A stretch of 64,000 bases of DNA from Bacillales bacterium UBA784 (lineage in GTDB: Bacteria > Bacillota_I > Bacilli_A > RFN20 > CAG-288), in contig DBJE01000010.1 of the NCBI GenBank assembly GCA_002297045.1, positions 13,178 through 77,177 of the forward strand. Reading direction: 5' to 3'. Within the stretch, counting starts at the first letter, position 1, and every line of letters begins with the position of its first letter. The notes beneath the pieces were generated by a model. That model had not been told where the DNA came from and ran no database searches. It was given only the letters and a program-made list of their open reading frames with translations. Position numbers and translations under genes: made by a program. This document shows positions 29,370-38,919 of this stretch, piece by piece.

Positions 29370-32300
29370 ATGAAGAACACAAGAAAACATAAGATTCTGA
29401 CTCTTGGCTGCCTTTCTCTTCTTGCCTTCAGGGGAACAAGGAGCGGAAACAGCAAGTCATCTGTTCCCGTCAGGATGAGGAAGAACGTGGCGAAAAGGGC
29501 AAATCAGGCTACCTTCTCTGCTTTGGCTCCTTTGGCGCCTGTCACCCTCGTTGCAACCGAGGACCCTTCCTCCCTTGTCTCTAAGCTTCCTTCTACCGTG
29601 AAGGGTTACTACAGTGACGGAACGGATAAGGATTTCCCAGTCACTTGGAATACACCTACAAAGGAGCAGACAAGTAAGGCCGGTACTTTCCTTCTTGAAG
29701 GAAACGTCAGGGTAGATACTACAAGTGTCAAAACCAGTATTTCGATTACCATTAAGACCGTCTATTCTGTCGGCCTTCCTGTTCAGAAGGTTCCTGTCGG
29801 ATCGACCCTGAATAGGCCAAAGCAGGCGGCGGTCGTCTATTCCGACGGTTCCTATGAATTAAGGGATGCTGTATGGGATAAGACGACTCTTCCTAAGACG
29901 GATAAGAAAGGCGAGTTCACCGTTAAGGGCTCCGTCACTTCCTTAGCCAAGGAATTCGAGGCCAAGGTCTCAGTCGTCGGACTGGAGTCTGCTCCGAAAA
30001 AGAGCATCAGCCAGGAAGCCACGGCAAGCATAGATTTTGTCAATTCCTGGGATGACAAAGGCATTCTCAATGACGGAAAATGGGATGGAAAAGGCCTTTC
30101 AAACTGGGAGACGCGTGAAGATACGAATAAAGATGGATACTATCACGCCAGTCTCACCTTTTCTGAGGCGAAAACGGATATTGTCAGTGTGACCGTTTAT
30201 TACTGGACAGGTGAGAGTAATTGCAACGTTCCTAAGAATCAGATAATCGAAATCGACACAGACGGAAAAGGGAACTTTACTGAGCCGGAATATGATGTCC
30301 AGGTCGGAACCAAGAGTGCCAATGACGTCACTCCCTATACCTATGTGTTTAAAACTCCTGTTTCCGCAAAAGCCGTCCGGCTAGGATGGAACAATTCCGA
30401 CGGAAGCGGAAACCAGAACGGAACATGGAGCAATATTTCCGAAATTGCCGTCAATGTCCTAAGCGGTGAAGTGACGAAATCGGAAGAAAATACTCTAAGC
30501 AGGATAAAAGTCAACGGCGTCAGAGTCGCTAACTATGATGCCTACCAGAATTCACATACGGTTTCCGTTCCTTATGCCACAAAGGAAATCAAGGTCGAAT
30601 ACGAAAAGGCCGATGAGGCGGAATATGTCCAAAGGATTGAGGGGGAAGCCGGAAAGACCTCATGGAAGATCGTTGTCTTTGATGAAGGCAGGACCCGTGC
30701 TCCGAGAACCTATGAAATCTTTGTCAATAAGGATAGCCCGCTTCTTAAGAGCGTTTCCCTGTCTCTTGCCGGCAACGTAGATAGCCTGAAAGAGGGAGAA
30801 CATGTCGATCTGGAAGTGAAAGGGACTGATGAGATCGGCGGCGATGTCACTTCTTCAAGGGCGAATGTCTCCTACCAGCTTTCAAATCTGACCGGCCAGG
30901 CCGAAATCAAGGGAAAGACGCTCTATGGTATCACTTCTGGCTATGTTGAGATTACAGCAACGATGGATTATAACGGAACTATTGTTTCTTCCGAGAAAAA
31001 GAAAGTTGCCATCAATCCAAGCGATATAAAGCGTATCCCTGTATCGGTTGAAAAGACTTCCGCTTCCTTCCACACCGGGGAGACACCTTCTCTTCCGTCC
31101 ACAGTAAATGTGACAAGGGATGACAGGTCTGTACGCGAATATCCGGTGACCTGGAATGTGATTCCTGAGAGCAGGAGGCAGAAGACAGGAAAATTCCAGA
31201 TTCAGGGCATGGTCACGGGAACAACCCTTAGGGCAACCTGCGATGTCTCTGTCATCGGCAGCGGACGGGTCACCTATGGTTCGAAGCTTTCCGCCAAGGT
31301 CGGCAGTGTTCCCTCTCTTCCTAGCAAGTTACCCTATAGTCAGGATGCCTTAGGCAATCTTGTCTATGCTCCGGTCAGCTTTGATTCCACCCGTTTTGTC
31401 AATGAGTTTTCCGCCTTAAAGGCAGGAGAGTATGCCACTGCCTGGTATCAATTCAGCAATGAGGGATGGAACACGATTGAATATTATGCCGAAGAAGGTG
31501 GCAAAGACAGCACCGATTATGCCGATCGACAGAACGGATACAGGATTCCGGCTTCCTTTGCCTCGGCTTCCGGAGAGGGGACCGACAGGGCTTTCTCCGA
31601 CGGAAAGAGTGTGGCGTGGAAATCCACTGACGATGACCCCAATCCCTATATCGGGTTTGTGTTCGGAAATACAGGAAACACCGAGAAAAAAGAAGTCAAT
31701 AAGGCAGTCCTAAGCTTTGTAACCGGGGAATATTCTCTTCCCTCCTCGGTAAAGGTGCAGTATTATAGCGGTGAACTGACGGCTAGCGATCTGGATACCA
31801 CGGCCTTTGACAAAGTGGAAAAGTCAACTTCCGAAAAGCTGAAACTTTCCGATTCGTTGTGGAAGGATGTCTCTAGCCAGCAGGGAAGCATTGCCGATAA
31901 GACTACCCTGACCTTCGATTCCGTCTCCACCTATGCCATCCGCTTCCTTTTGACGAAGGATGCGGGAAAGAACGTCTCGGTCAACGACCTTGCCATCAGG
32001 GGAAGCCTCTTCGAGGAACAGACGACTGCCCCTAAGCTTTCTAAGCTGAATGTCAGAATCGGAGAGAAAGAGACAAATATCTACGAGGAGGGAAAGGATG
32101 AATATAAGGTCCAGTATGACGGAAAGAGCCAAATCTCCTTTACCCCTGTCTTTGCCGATGGCGAATACGGATCCTACACGGTCTTAGGAGACACGGGAGA
32201 CCATGTTGTCCGTATCACCCTGATATCCGCTGACGGAAAGGAAACCAAGACCATCATGGTCACCCTCGATAGGCCGGAGAGCGAATATAAGACAATTGCC

Positions 32301-32735
32301 TCAATCGAGCAGCCTTCGTCAAGGGAAGTGACAAAGGCCAAGGATGGCACTGAACTTAACCTGCCATCCAAGGTGAAAGTAAACTACCTGGATGGGACAG
32401 ACGAGGAACTTGGTGTGACATTCGATACCTCTCTCTACGGCGGAAAGAAGGGACGGTATACCTTCCAAGGCACGATTGACCGTCCGCTTAATGTTACCAA
32501 TCCTCTCAGTCTAACTGTTTCCATCCAAGTCGACGTGAAGGAAGACTATCCAAAGGAAGTCATCACCAAGACGGAGACCAAGACGGAAACCATCACCAAG
32601 ACAGAAACAGTGACGAAGACCGAGAAAGTCTACAACCATGCTGCCGTTATCACACTTTCAGTCTTTCTTGGCATCTTTGTCCTTGCTACGAGGGGCTTAG
32701 GTGTGCTCTTCTTCCTGAAGAAGAAGGCGAAATAG
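29370..32735 (+). CDS. large cell-surface protein with Big_4-like and discoidin/CBM-like domains and a C-terminal TM anchor
   Basis: 1121 aa with a signal peptide. The pattern LPSTV.....DG.....PVTW recurs three times (Big_4-like). KTET repeats precede a terminal hydrophobic helix plus KKKAK. Starts 12 nt after GH2, so likely co-transcribed. Confidence 0.8.
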   Translation: MKNTRKHKILTLGCLSLLAFRGTRSGNSKSSVPVRMRKNVAKRANQATFSALAPLAPVTLVATEDPSSLVSKLPSTVKGYYSDGTDKDFPVTWNTPTKEQTSKAGTFLLEGNVRVDTTSVKTSISITIKTVYSVGLPVQKVPVGSTLNRPKQAAVVYSDGSYELRDAVWDKTTLPKTDKKGEFTVKGSVTSLAKEFEAKVSVVGLESAPKKSISQEATASIDFVNSWDDKGILNDGKWDGKGLSNWETREDTNKDGYYHASLTFSEAKTDIVSVTVYYWTGESNCNVPKNQIIEIDTDGKGNFTEPEYDVQVGTKSANDVTPYTYVFKTPVSAKAVRLGWNNSDGSGNQNGTWSNISEIAVNVLSGEVTKSEENTLSRIKVNGVRVANYDAYQNSHTVSVPYATKEIKVEYEKADEAEYVQRIEGEAGKTSWKIVVFDEGRTRAPRTYEIFVNKDSPLLKSVSLSLAGNVDSLKEGEHVDLEVKGTDEIGGDVTSSRANVSYQLSNLTGQAEIKGKTLYGITSGYVEITATMDYNGTIVSSEKKKVAINPSDIKRIPVSVEKTSASFHTGETPSLPSTVNVTRDDRSVREYPVTWNVIPESRRQKTGKFQIQGMVTGTTLRATCDVSVIGSGRVTYGSKLSAKVGSVPSLPSKLPYSQDALGNLVYAPVSFDSTRFVNEFSALKAGEYATAWYQFSNEGWNTIEYYAEEGGKDSTDYADRQNGYRIPASFASASGEGTDRAFSDGKSVAWKSTDDDPNPYIGFVFGNTGNTEKKEVNKAVLSFVTGEYSLPSSVKVQYYSGELTASDLDTTAFDKVEKSTSEKLKLSDSLWKDVSSQQGSIADKTTLTFDSVSTYAIRFLLTKDAGKNVSVNDLAIRGSLFEEQTTAPKLSKLNVRIGEKETNIYEEGKDEYKVQYDGKSQISFTPVFADGEYGSYTVLGDTGDHVVRITLISADGKETKTIMVTLDRPESEYKTIASIEQPSSREVTKAKDGTELNLPSKVKVNYLDGTDEELGVTFDTSLYGGKKGRYTFQGTIDRPLNVTNPLSLTVSIQVDVKEDYPKEVITKTETKTETITKTETVTKTEKVYNHAAVITLSVFLGIFVLATRGLGVLFFLKKKAK

Positions 32736-32760
32736 AAGAAATAAGAATCGACAAAGGAAA

Positions 32761-32790
32761 AGACCGTCCTGGCTACAGGGCGGTCTTTCT
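32761..32790 (+). terminator. rho-independent terminator candidate
   Basis: AGACCGTCCT ggctac AGGGCGGTCT followed by a short T-rich tract (TTCT). Confidence 0.6.
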
Positions 32791-32820
32791 GATGAAAAGA
32801 AGAAATCGGCTTTTGGAGAA

Positions 32821-33774
32821 TTACTCTTTCCGTAAAAGGGAAAGAACAGTTTCCTTTAATCCTTGATCAAAGGGGATTTCCGGACTGAAATGAAGATCTT
32901 GCCTTATTTTCTCTGTGTCTAAGGCATAGCGCAAGTCATGGCCTTTTCTGTCCTTTGTAAACGTAATTTTCGAAGGTGAGTGCGGAAAGAATGAGAGAAT
33001 CTTTCTCACGATGGAGAGGTTATCTAGTTCGTTATGCCCTCCAATATTATAGACTTCCCCGTCTTTTCCGTTTCTTATTATCCTGTCTATTGCTCTTCCA
33101 TGGTCAAAGACATGGATCCAGTCCCGAATGTTCTTTCCGTTGCCGTATAAAGGAATATCTTCCCCTTTTTGCGCCTTTTCAACGGCCAGTGGAATCAGTT
33201 TTTCGGGATACTGGTTTGGACCATAGTTATTCGAAGAACGGGAGATTGTGACGGGAAGAGAATAGGTGCGGTGGTAAGCTAAGACGATGAGGTCTGCCGA
33301 TGCCTTAGAAGCGGCATATGGGGAGGAGGGATAAAGAGGACTCTTCTCCGTAAACTTCTCTTTTGAGTCTAGTGGAAGGTCTCCGTAGACTTCGTCGGTG
33401 GAAATCTGGTGGAACCGTCTGACTCCATAGGCAAGGGAGGCGTCAAGGAGAGTAGCGGTCCCTAAGACATTTGTCTGAAAAAACAGGCTTGGATTTTCAA
33501 TTGACCGGTCGACATGGGTTTCTGCGGCAAAATTGACGACATAATCGAAACGTTCTCTTTCAAAGAGTGGGAAGACAAGGCCTCTGTCCGTGATGTCTCC
33601 TTTGACAAAGGAAAAGTTCGGTTTCTGTCTTACGGAAGAAAGATTGTTCCTGTTTCCGGCGTAGGTTAAGGAATCAAGGCAGACAAAATAATCGTCCGGA
33701 TAGTTTTCGACCATCCTAGAGAGAAAGTTCGATCCGATGAATCCGGCACCGCCGGTAACAAGAAAACGGGACAT
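32821..33774 (-). CDS. rfbB: dTDP-glucose 4,6-dehydratase
   Basis: VTGGAGFIGSNF, NFAAETHVDRSI, STDEVYG, PSSPYAASKA and SNNYGPNQYPEKLIP are collinear with RmlB/RfbB. Confidence 0.9.
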   Translation of the reverse strand: MSRFLVTGGAGFIGSNFLSRMVENYPDDYFVCLDSLTYAGNRNNLSSVRQKPNFSFVKGDITDRGLVFPLFERERFDYVVNFAAETHVDRSIENPSLFFQTNVLGTATLLDASLAYGVRRFHQISTDEVYGDLPLDSKEKFTEKSPLYPSSPYAASKASADLIVLAYHRTYSLPVTISRSSNNYGPNQYPEKLIPLAVEKAQKGEDIPLYGNGKNIRDWIHVFDHGRAIDRIIRNGKDGEVYNIGGHNELDNLSIVRKILSFFPHSPSKITFTKDRKGHDLRYALDTEKIRQDLHFSPEIPFDQGLKETVLSLLRKE

Positions 33775-33928
33775 GATGGATACTTCTTTATTTTAAGGGA
33801 TTCCATGAAAAAAGGGAAACTGAAGAAAATTCAAGGGATTGCTTTGCCTTCTCTCCGCTTTTATTCTTCCTGCTTTCCTATTCAAAATGGCAGTTTTACC
33901 CATATTCCGAAACGATATTCCCCTTAGG

Positions 33929-33993
33929 GAACCGACGTTTTGAATAAAAGAAAACCGACAAAATGAATAAATTAGATCCGATGTTTTGAATAA
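33929..33993. repeat. 65-bp direct repeat, left copy (three 16-bp iterons at 23-bp spacing)
   Basis: Identical to 35416..35480 except for one base. Internal units CCGACGTTTTGAATAA (33932), CCGACAAAATGAATAA (33955) and CCGATGTTTTGAATAA (33978). Confidence 0.9.
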
Positions 33994-34091
33994 AATTTAT
34001 TTGCCGACGGAAGATAGAGATTCTTTCTTTGTGACGATTGAATTCACTTGAAGTTTGAAAGAATCAGGTTTTCTCCCTCGCCAAGGAAACT

Positions 34092-35393
34092 CTAGTCCTT
34101 TAAGCAGGTTATCGGAATGATATAGATTCCTTCTGGCGAACGATAACAGGGGCCATGGGTTGTGATAATGGCCGAAAACAGGGGCCCTGAAAATCCGTTT
34201 TCCTTCCTTTGTGAGGTAAAACGGGTAAGGGAAGAGATTCCTTTCTTAATATTCTCCGGCGAGTAAATCTTGACTTCGATGGCTGCATAATCCCCATTTG
34301 GGATTTGTGCGAGACAGTCCACTTCTAGCCCATTGCTGTCTCGATAATGCCTGATTCTTCCCTGGATGCTTTCCCTGTAGATGGATAAATCCCGGACCGC
34401 AAAGTCTTCAAAATAAAAGCCGAAAGAATTCAGGTCGTTTAATAAGTCTTTTGGCCCAATTCCTATCGCGGCTAAGGCGATGGATGTGTCAAAGAAATGA
34501 ATGGTGGGAGCAACACGGACGGCAACAGACGAACGAAGGTTCTTATTCCTTGCCTCCCTATCGTAAATGAGAAAGAGCTTTTTTAGCAGGAAGTAATAAT
34601 TGTTGAATGTTTCATCATCTAAGGTCTTTCTCTCCCCGGAAGAAAGGATATCTTTGATCCTTTTTGAGTGTTTTGCCTGTGTTGATATATTTCTGCTGGC
34701 TTCCTTTAAAATCAGGCGAAGCAGATCAATATCTTTTTTTTCAAGAAACTTTGCAAAATCATCGCTTTCCCCTTCAAGGGAGAAGAGTGTGTGGAAGTAG
34801 TTTGCTGTTGCCGCTATAGCATATTCTTTTTTTGCCTTGCAGGAAATTGGCCACCCGCCCCGACACATGAGAAAAGCTATATCGGGAAGAGAAAACCGAT
34901 TATCTTCAGGATAGAGAGAGGTAATCGGCTTATTCGGTTCATTAAACAGAGAAGAAAGCGAGACGATTCCATTTGATTCTCCCGACTCATAAAGGGAAAA
35001 CGGCTTCAAGCGAAGAAATGAGACCCGTCCGGCCCCATTATGCTGAATTTTCGAGGGATCAAGAGGAGTTGTGCTTCCGGTAAGAATATATTTACCAAAT
35101 TCATAGTCTTCATCGAGGTCGTTCCGAATAAGATTAAAGATTTCCGGTACCTTTTGCCATTCGTCAATCAGATGAGGAGTCTTCCCTTTTAAAGCACTTA
35201 AGGGGTCAGCCTTTGCTAAGTCTATTGCCCTGTTCGTCTTGAGCAGCACTTCCGAACGGGAAACCTGCCGGCAGAGCGTCGTCTTGCCGCATGCTTTCGG
35301 CCCTGTAACGATTACGCAGCCCGATGAATTGAGCCTGTGTTTTAGCGAATGCTCAGCCACACGTGGGATATAGTTTTTCGTTTTCCTATTCAT
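34092..35393 (-). CDS. AAA+ ATPase of the AAA_14 + DUF4143 type
   Basis: Walker A GPKACGKTT, an LIDEWQ-type Walker B region and a C-terminal DUF4143-like region. Solitary gene bracketed by the 65-bp repeats. Confidence 0.75.
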   Translation of the reverse strand: MNRKTKNYIPRVAEHSLKHRLNSSGCVIVTGPKACGKTTLCRQVSRSEVLLKTNRAIDLAKADPLSALKGKTPHLIDEWQKVPEIFNLIRNDLDEDYEFGKYILTGSTTPLDPSKIQHNGAGRVSFLRLKPFSLYESGESNGIVSLSSLFNEPNKPITSLYPEDNRFSLPDIAFLMCRGGWPISCKAKKEYAIAATANYFHTLFSLEGESDDFAKFLEKKDIDLLRLILKEASRNISTQAKHSKRIKDILSSGERKTLDDETFNNYYFLLKKLFLIYDREARNKNLRSSVAVRVAPTIHFFDTSIALAAIGIGPKDLLNDLNSFGFYFEDFAVRDLSIYRESIQGRIRHYRDSNGLEVDCLAQIPNGDYAAIEVKIYSPENIKKGISSLTRFTSQRKENGFSGPLFSAIITTHGPCYRSPEGIYIIPITCLKD

Positions 35394-35402
35394 TTTTCTT
35401 TT

Positions 35403-35431
35403 ATTATAACTTATTGAACCGACGTTTTGAA
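35403..35431 (-). promoter_or_regulatory. candidate promoter giving a leaderless or near-leaderless ATPase mRNA
   Basis: On the minus strand: TTCAAA (inside an iteron), 17-nt spacer, TATAAT (35408..35403), then ATG only 9 nt downstream. No Shine-Dalgarno sequence. Confidence 0.4.
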
Positions 35432-35480
35432 TAAAAGAAAACCGACAAAATGAATAAATTAGATCCGACGTTTTGAATAA
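35416..35480. repeat. 65-bp direct repeat, right copy
   Basis: See 33929..33993. Weaker similarity continues about 20 nt further on the right side of both copies (GCCG..ACGGAA). Confidence 0.9.
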
Positions 35481-35504
35481 TTTAGCCGGATGACGGAATG
35501 CAAC

Positions 35505-35532
35505 AGAAAAGGAGGCCTTAAGTAGCCTCCTT
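35505..35532 (-). terminator. terminator of alsD
   Basis: On the minus strand: AAGGAGGC tacttaag GCCTCCTT, then a T-rich stretch. Confidence 0.55.
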
Positions 35533-35548
35533 AGGATTGAAAACCAAA

Positions 35549-36265
35549 CTACTTCTGGCTTGAGCCTTCTACGGCCTTAGTCTTCTCTTTGAGGTCTTCG
35601 CTTAGATCCCATTTGGAGAAGCCTTCGGTATGGGGAAGATAGACATCCCATCCGTTAAGTTCGTTCAGCTTGAACTTGATATCCTTTCCGCTAAGCTTCA
35701 GGATATGTCCGCCTTTCGTCAGATCCTTGCTGAGGAAGTGGATATGCCAGCCCGGCAAGTTCCTTCCGTCGACATATTTCGGACAATAGACTCCGATGAC
35801 ATAGCCATCGACATTTTGATATTCCCTCTCTCTTTGGTCGCAGGCAACCTTATAGAGAGGTTCATAAGGCTCCTTCTGCTTGAAGCAGGAACGGACACGG
35901 ACAGTAAAGGTTCCTTCCCTCTTGATCCTATAGAAGAAATTATGGGACCCTAAGAAGGATTCCCTTTTCTCCTTGAACTCATCGATGGAGTCAAAGGAGA
36001 GAGTGTTTTCCTTTGCCTTATCGTTGAAGTGACAGACAGTCGAGAAAGGAAGCTTATCTTCCTCTTTCCTTTCATAGACCTTGCCATCCGCTCTTCCGTC
36101 ATAGGCCTTACCGTTAAAGATGATGGCCTCTCCGTCAAGTCCGTCATAGGTACCGATTCCGGTATCGCCCTTTTTTAATAGGTCCTTGACGGAGACTGAT
36201 CCATGATAGTCTCCCCTCCTTAGACTGTTTAACGTACCGACCTGGAATAACTTTTCTTCTTTCAT
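35549..36265 (-). CDS. alsD: alpha-acetolactate decarboxylase
   Basis: LFQVGTLNSL(AGG)(AGG)GDY...GDTGIGTYDGLDGEAIIFNGKAY and GWHIHFLS are collinear with AlsD/BudA. Confidence 0.85.
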   Translation of the reverse strand: MKEEKLFQVGTLNSLRRGDYHGSVSVKDLLKKGDTGIGTYDGLDGEAIIFNGKAYDGRADGKVYERKEEDKLPFSTVCHFNDKAKENTLSFDSIDEFKEKRESFLGSHNFFYRIKREGTFTVRVRSCFKQKEPYEPLYKVACDQREREYQNVDGYVIGVYCPKYVDGRNLPGWHIHFLSKDLTKGGHILKLSGKDIKFKLNELNGWDVYLPHTEGFSKWDLSEDLKEKTKAVEGSSQK

Positions 36266-36271
36266 TTTTTA

Positions 36272-37516
36272 TTACCTCTTATTCTGTCCCTGATTATTTT
36301 TCACATCTTCCTTATGGGACTTAAGAGAGAAGATGTGCGGATAGATAATATGGTTATGGTGATGAGTGCGATAGTTTCCTTTTTCATCGTAGACGGCGGA
36401 AAGAAGCTCAGGATGGGAGAGGGAGAAGATGCGCTTTGGATCTTCCCTCTTTATCCCTTGGTGGCGTTTGAAGTAGAGATTCCTTTCCCATTTTGTGAAG
36501 AAAGGAGAAAGGATATTCGTCACAAAGAGAACGATGGCAAGAATCAGGACGGAATTTGATACCATGGTCTGACTGAATACCACACCTTTAAACGTATAGG
36601 AAGCGAACATCGCTGGGATGGAAAGAGCAACACCGGCTAGAGCGGTCGATGCCATGGAGGCATAGCCAGGACGTTTAAGGATAACATGATCGACAAGAGA
36701 AGGAATGATCCTGGTAAAGCACCAATAGATAAGAATAAGGACAATGGCCGCAATCCAGACCTTTCCACTGGTGAAGGCCTGCACCAGATTGATGGTCGAA
36801 CCGAATTCGAATCCAAGGAAGGGAAGGATGATGGCATTTCCACCCTTGAATACCTTACGGATGTCTTCATCAAGGTTTCCTAAAATGAATCCGAGGATGA
36901 AAGGAAGAAGCAGGGCGACAATCTGCCTTACCTTAGAAGTGATGGAAGCAGCTTCTTCTGATGTGCCAAGGCTGGAGATGACGATAAATGGAAGAAGAGG
37001 CCTAGAAATGACGCACCTAATTGGGAAGGCGGCACGGTCTGCGTTATCGGCATAAGGGTGGATGATGCCCCTATAAAGGGCAGCATTTGCCGAGGTGATG
37101 CAGACACAGAAGGTGACTGGATCAATCCCTAAAAAGCCATTTGGGCAGAAGAGGAAGACAAGTACGGAGGCTAGATAGGCAGGGACAAGTCTTGCCAGAA
37201 TAATCCAGATTCCCCGTTTAAAGACGTCTCCGAAATCGCTCGGCTTTATCCTTGTTCCTGTGCAGAAGAGCCTAAGTCCAATCAACAGGTTCTGTCCGGT
37301 CTTGCCGAAGAGATCCTTCCTTGGGTTACCTAGATATTCCCATAAGGTCTCTCCTTCTCCCGCATTTCCGGTGCCAAGTCCACAGGCAATGCAGATGGAG
37401 CTGATGATGGCGGAGATGACAAGCGGAACGAACCTCGTTCCGGCAGGAATCTTGTTGAGGAATTTCCAGATTCCTATGCCATGGAACTTCTTTTTTTCAT
37501 TGCTTGTGTTTTCCAT
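36272..37516 (-). CDS. kdgT: 2-keto-3-deoxygluconate permease family transporter with C-terminal extension
   Basis: KIPAGT(AGG)FVPLV near the N-terminus, and LLPFILGFILGNLDEDIRKVFKGGNAIILPFLGFEFGSTINL matching the KdgT core (ILGNLD...GG...PF...LG..INL). Confidence 0.75.
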   Translation of the reverse strand: MENTSNEKKKFHGIGIWKFLNKIPAGTRFVPLVISAIISSICIACGLGTGNAGEGETLWEYLGNPRKDLFGKTGQNLLIGLRLFCTGTRIKPSDFGDVFKRGIWIILARLVPAYLASVLVFLFCPNGFLGIDPVTFCVCITSANAALYRGIIHPYADNADRAAFPIRCVISRPLLPFIVISSLGTSEEAASITSKVRQIVALLLPFILGFILGNLDEDIRKVFKGGNAIILPFLGFEFGSTINLVQAFTSGKVWIAAIVLILIYWCFTRIIPSLVDHVILKRPGYASMASTALAGVALSIPAMFASYTFKGVVFSQTMVSNSVLILAIVLFVTNILSPFFTKWERNLYFKRHQGIKREDPKRIFSLSHPELLSAVYDEKGNYRTHHHNHIIYPHIFSLKSHKEDVKNNQGQNKR

Positions 37517-37629
37517 ATTTATGGCTGCTCCTTATTTGGACAATGTCATTCTAGTGAGGTCCTTCCTTGAATTAAATGTTCCGGAAGAATAAAATGGCTG
37601 TGTATATTGTTCTGAAAGAATAAATAGAA

Positions 37630-38781
37630 ATGGATATTTACCAGGAGAGGCTGGAGATAGAGGAGAATTCTTCCGACAGGGATTCCCTGTTAAAAGGGTA
37701 CTTCGAGCTTGTTCCCTGTCCAAGGAGGCTTCTTAACGAAAACGGGAACGTCCTTTCCCGTTTCTTTCTGAATGGTGGGGAGAAGGATAGGAAATGGCTT
37801 GACGAGAGGAAACTTAGGGCGAAGGCGTTTCTTCAGGCGGAGAAAAAAGATTTTCTGATTCAAGGGAAGAGAGGCAAACGGCGCCTTTTCTATCCTCTCC
37901 GGGACAAGGATAGATGTCTAGGTGTCCTTATTCTTTTTGAATACTCGGTTCCTTTTTCCCAAATCAGTCCGGAAGTCCTTTTTCATCTTTCCCGTGCACT
38001 AAGGAAAAGGAGGAAGTCCTCTTCCCGATTTTCCGATTCTTCCTACCTGTCTTTGCTAGAATCTCTGCTTAACGGTTCGATTCCTACTCAGGAAGAAAGG
38101 GAAGGCAGGCTTGCGGAAGAGGGAATCGATTCTTCTTCCCTTAGACAGTACCTGAGGATTTCCCTTTCTTCCTTTAATGGACATAGGCTTGCACTGTTTC
38201 TGGCAAAACTGAAAGCCATCTCTCCCACCTTACGTTATTTCTTCCATGAAGGTTTCCTTCTGCTTTTTTCTTCTTCCTTCGAAGATAGGTACAAAGAGAT
38301 TTACACGCTTCTTACTTCCTTCTCTCTTACGGGAAGGATATCCCTTTCTCTGTCAAATCTTTTTTCGTTTCCTTCTTCCTTTAAGAAGAACAGGAAACTC
38401 TATTCCTATTTAAAAAGGAAAGAAAAGAAGATTTCCCTGTTCTTAGAAAAAGACTATGCCTTTCTTCATCCTATCCTCGATAGGACAAACGGAGAAAGGA
38501 GGCAGTACAGGGATGAAAAAGTCAAAGATAGGTGGAACTATGACAGAAAAAATAAGACAGAGTTCTGTCTTACCCTTTTCACCTATCTTAAAGAAAAAGG
38601 AAGCCTTAGGAAGACAAGCAAAACCCTAAATTATCACAAAAACACGATCCATTACCGGCTTAATAAGATAAAGGAACTGTTTAATCTAAACTACGATGAT
38701 TCTGAAAAGAAAAGGAACTTCCTTTTCTCTCTTTGCCTAGTCGACTACAGGGATACGATGGGAAAAAGAAAGCAAGACTAG
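37630..38781 (+). CDS. PucR/CdaR-family transcriptional regulator
   Basis: C-terminal HTH LRKTSKTLNYHKNTIHYRLNKIKELF is typical of PucR_C. Divergent from kdgT. Confidence 0.7.
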   Translation: MDIYQERLEIEENSSDRDSLLKGYFELVPCPRRLLNENGNVLSRFFLNGGEKDRKWLDERKLRAKAFLQAEKKDFLIQGKRGKRRLFYPLRDKDRCLGVLILFEYSVPFSQISPEVLFHLSRALRKRRKSSSRFSDSSYLSLLESLLNGSIPTQEEREGRLAEEGIDSSSLRQYLRISLSSFNGHRLALFLAKLKAISPTLRYFFHEGFLLLFSSSFEDRYKEIYTLLTSFSLTGRISLSLSNLFSFPSSFKKNRKLYSYLKRKEKKISLFLEKDYAFLHPILDRTNGERRQYRDEKVKDRWNYDRKNKTEFCLTLFTYLKEKGSLRKTSKTLNYHKNTIHYRLNKIKELFNLNYDDSEKKRNFLFSLCLVDYRDTMGKRKQD

Positions 38782-38919
38782 TTTGAAGATATGGAAAGGC
38801 CCTTTGTTTTTAAGACATGGGGAACAAACAGAAAAGGAGTAGGAAGATAATCCAATCATCCTTTCCCACTATCGAAAAAAAGATGGGTGTATAATAAATT
38901 CCTTAGGAGGAAATAAGCA

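Noticed and set aside
32557-32735. KTET repeats plus a hydrophobic C-terminus as a sortase (LPXTG) cell-wall sorting signal.
   Set aside because: No LPXTG-like pentapeptide precedes the hydrophobic segment. A plain C-terminal TM anchor is the simpler reading.
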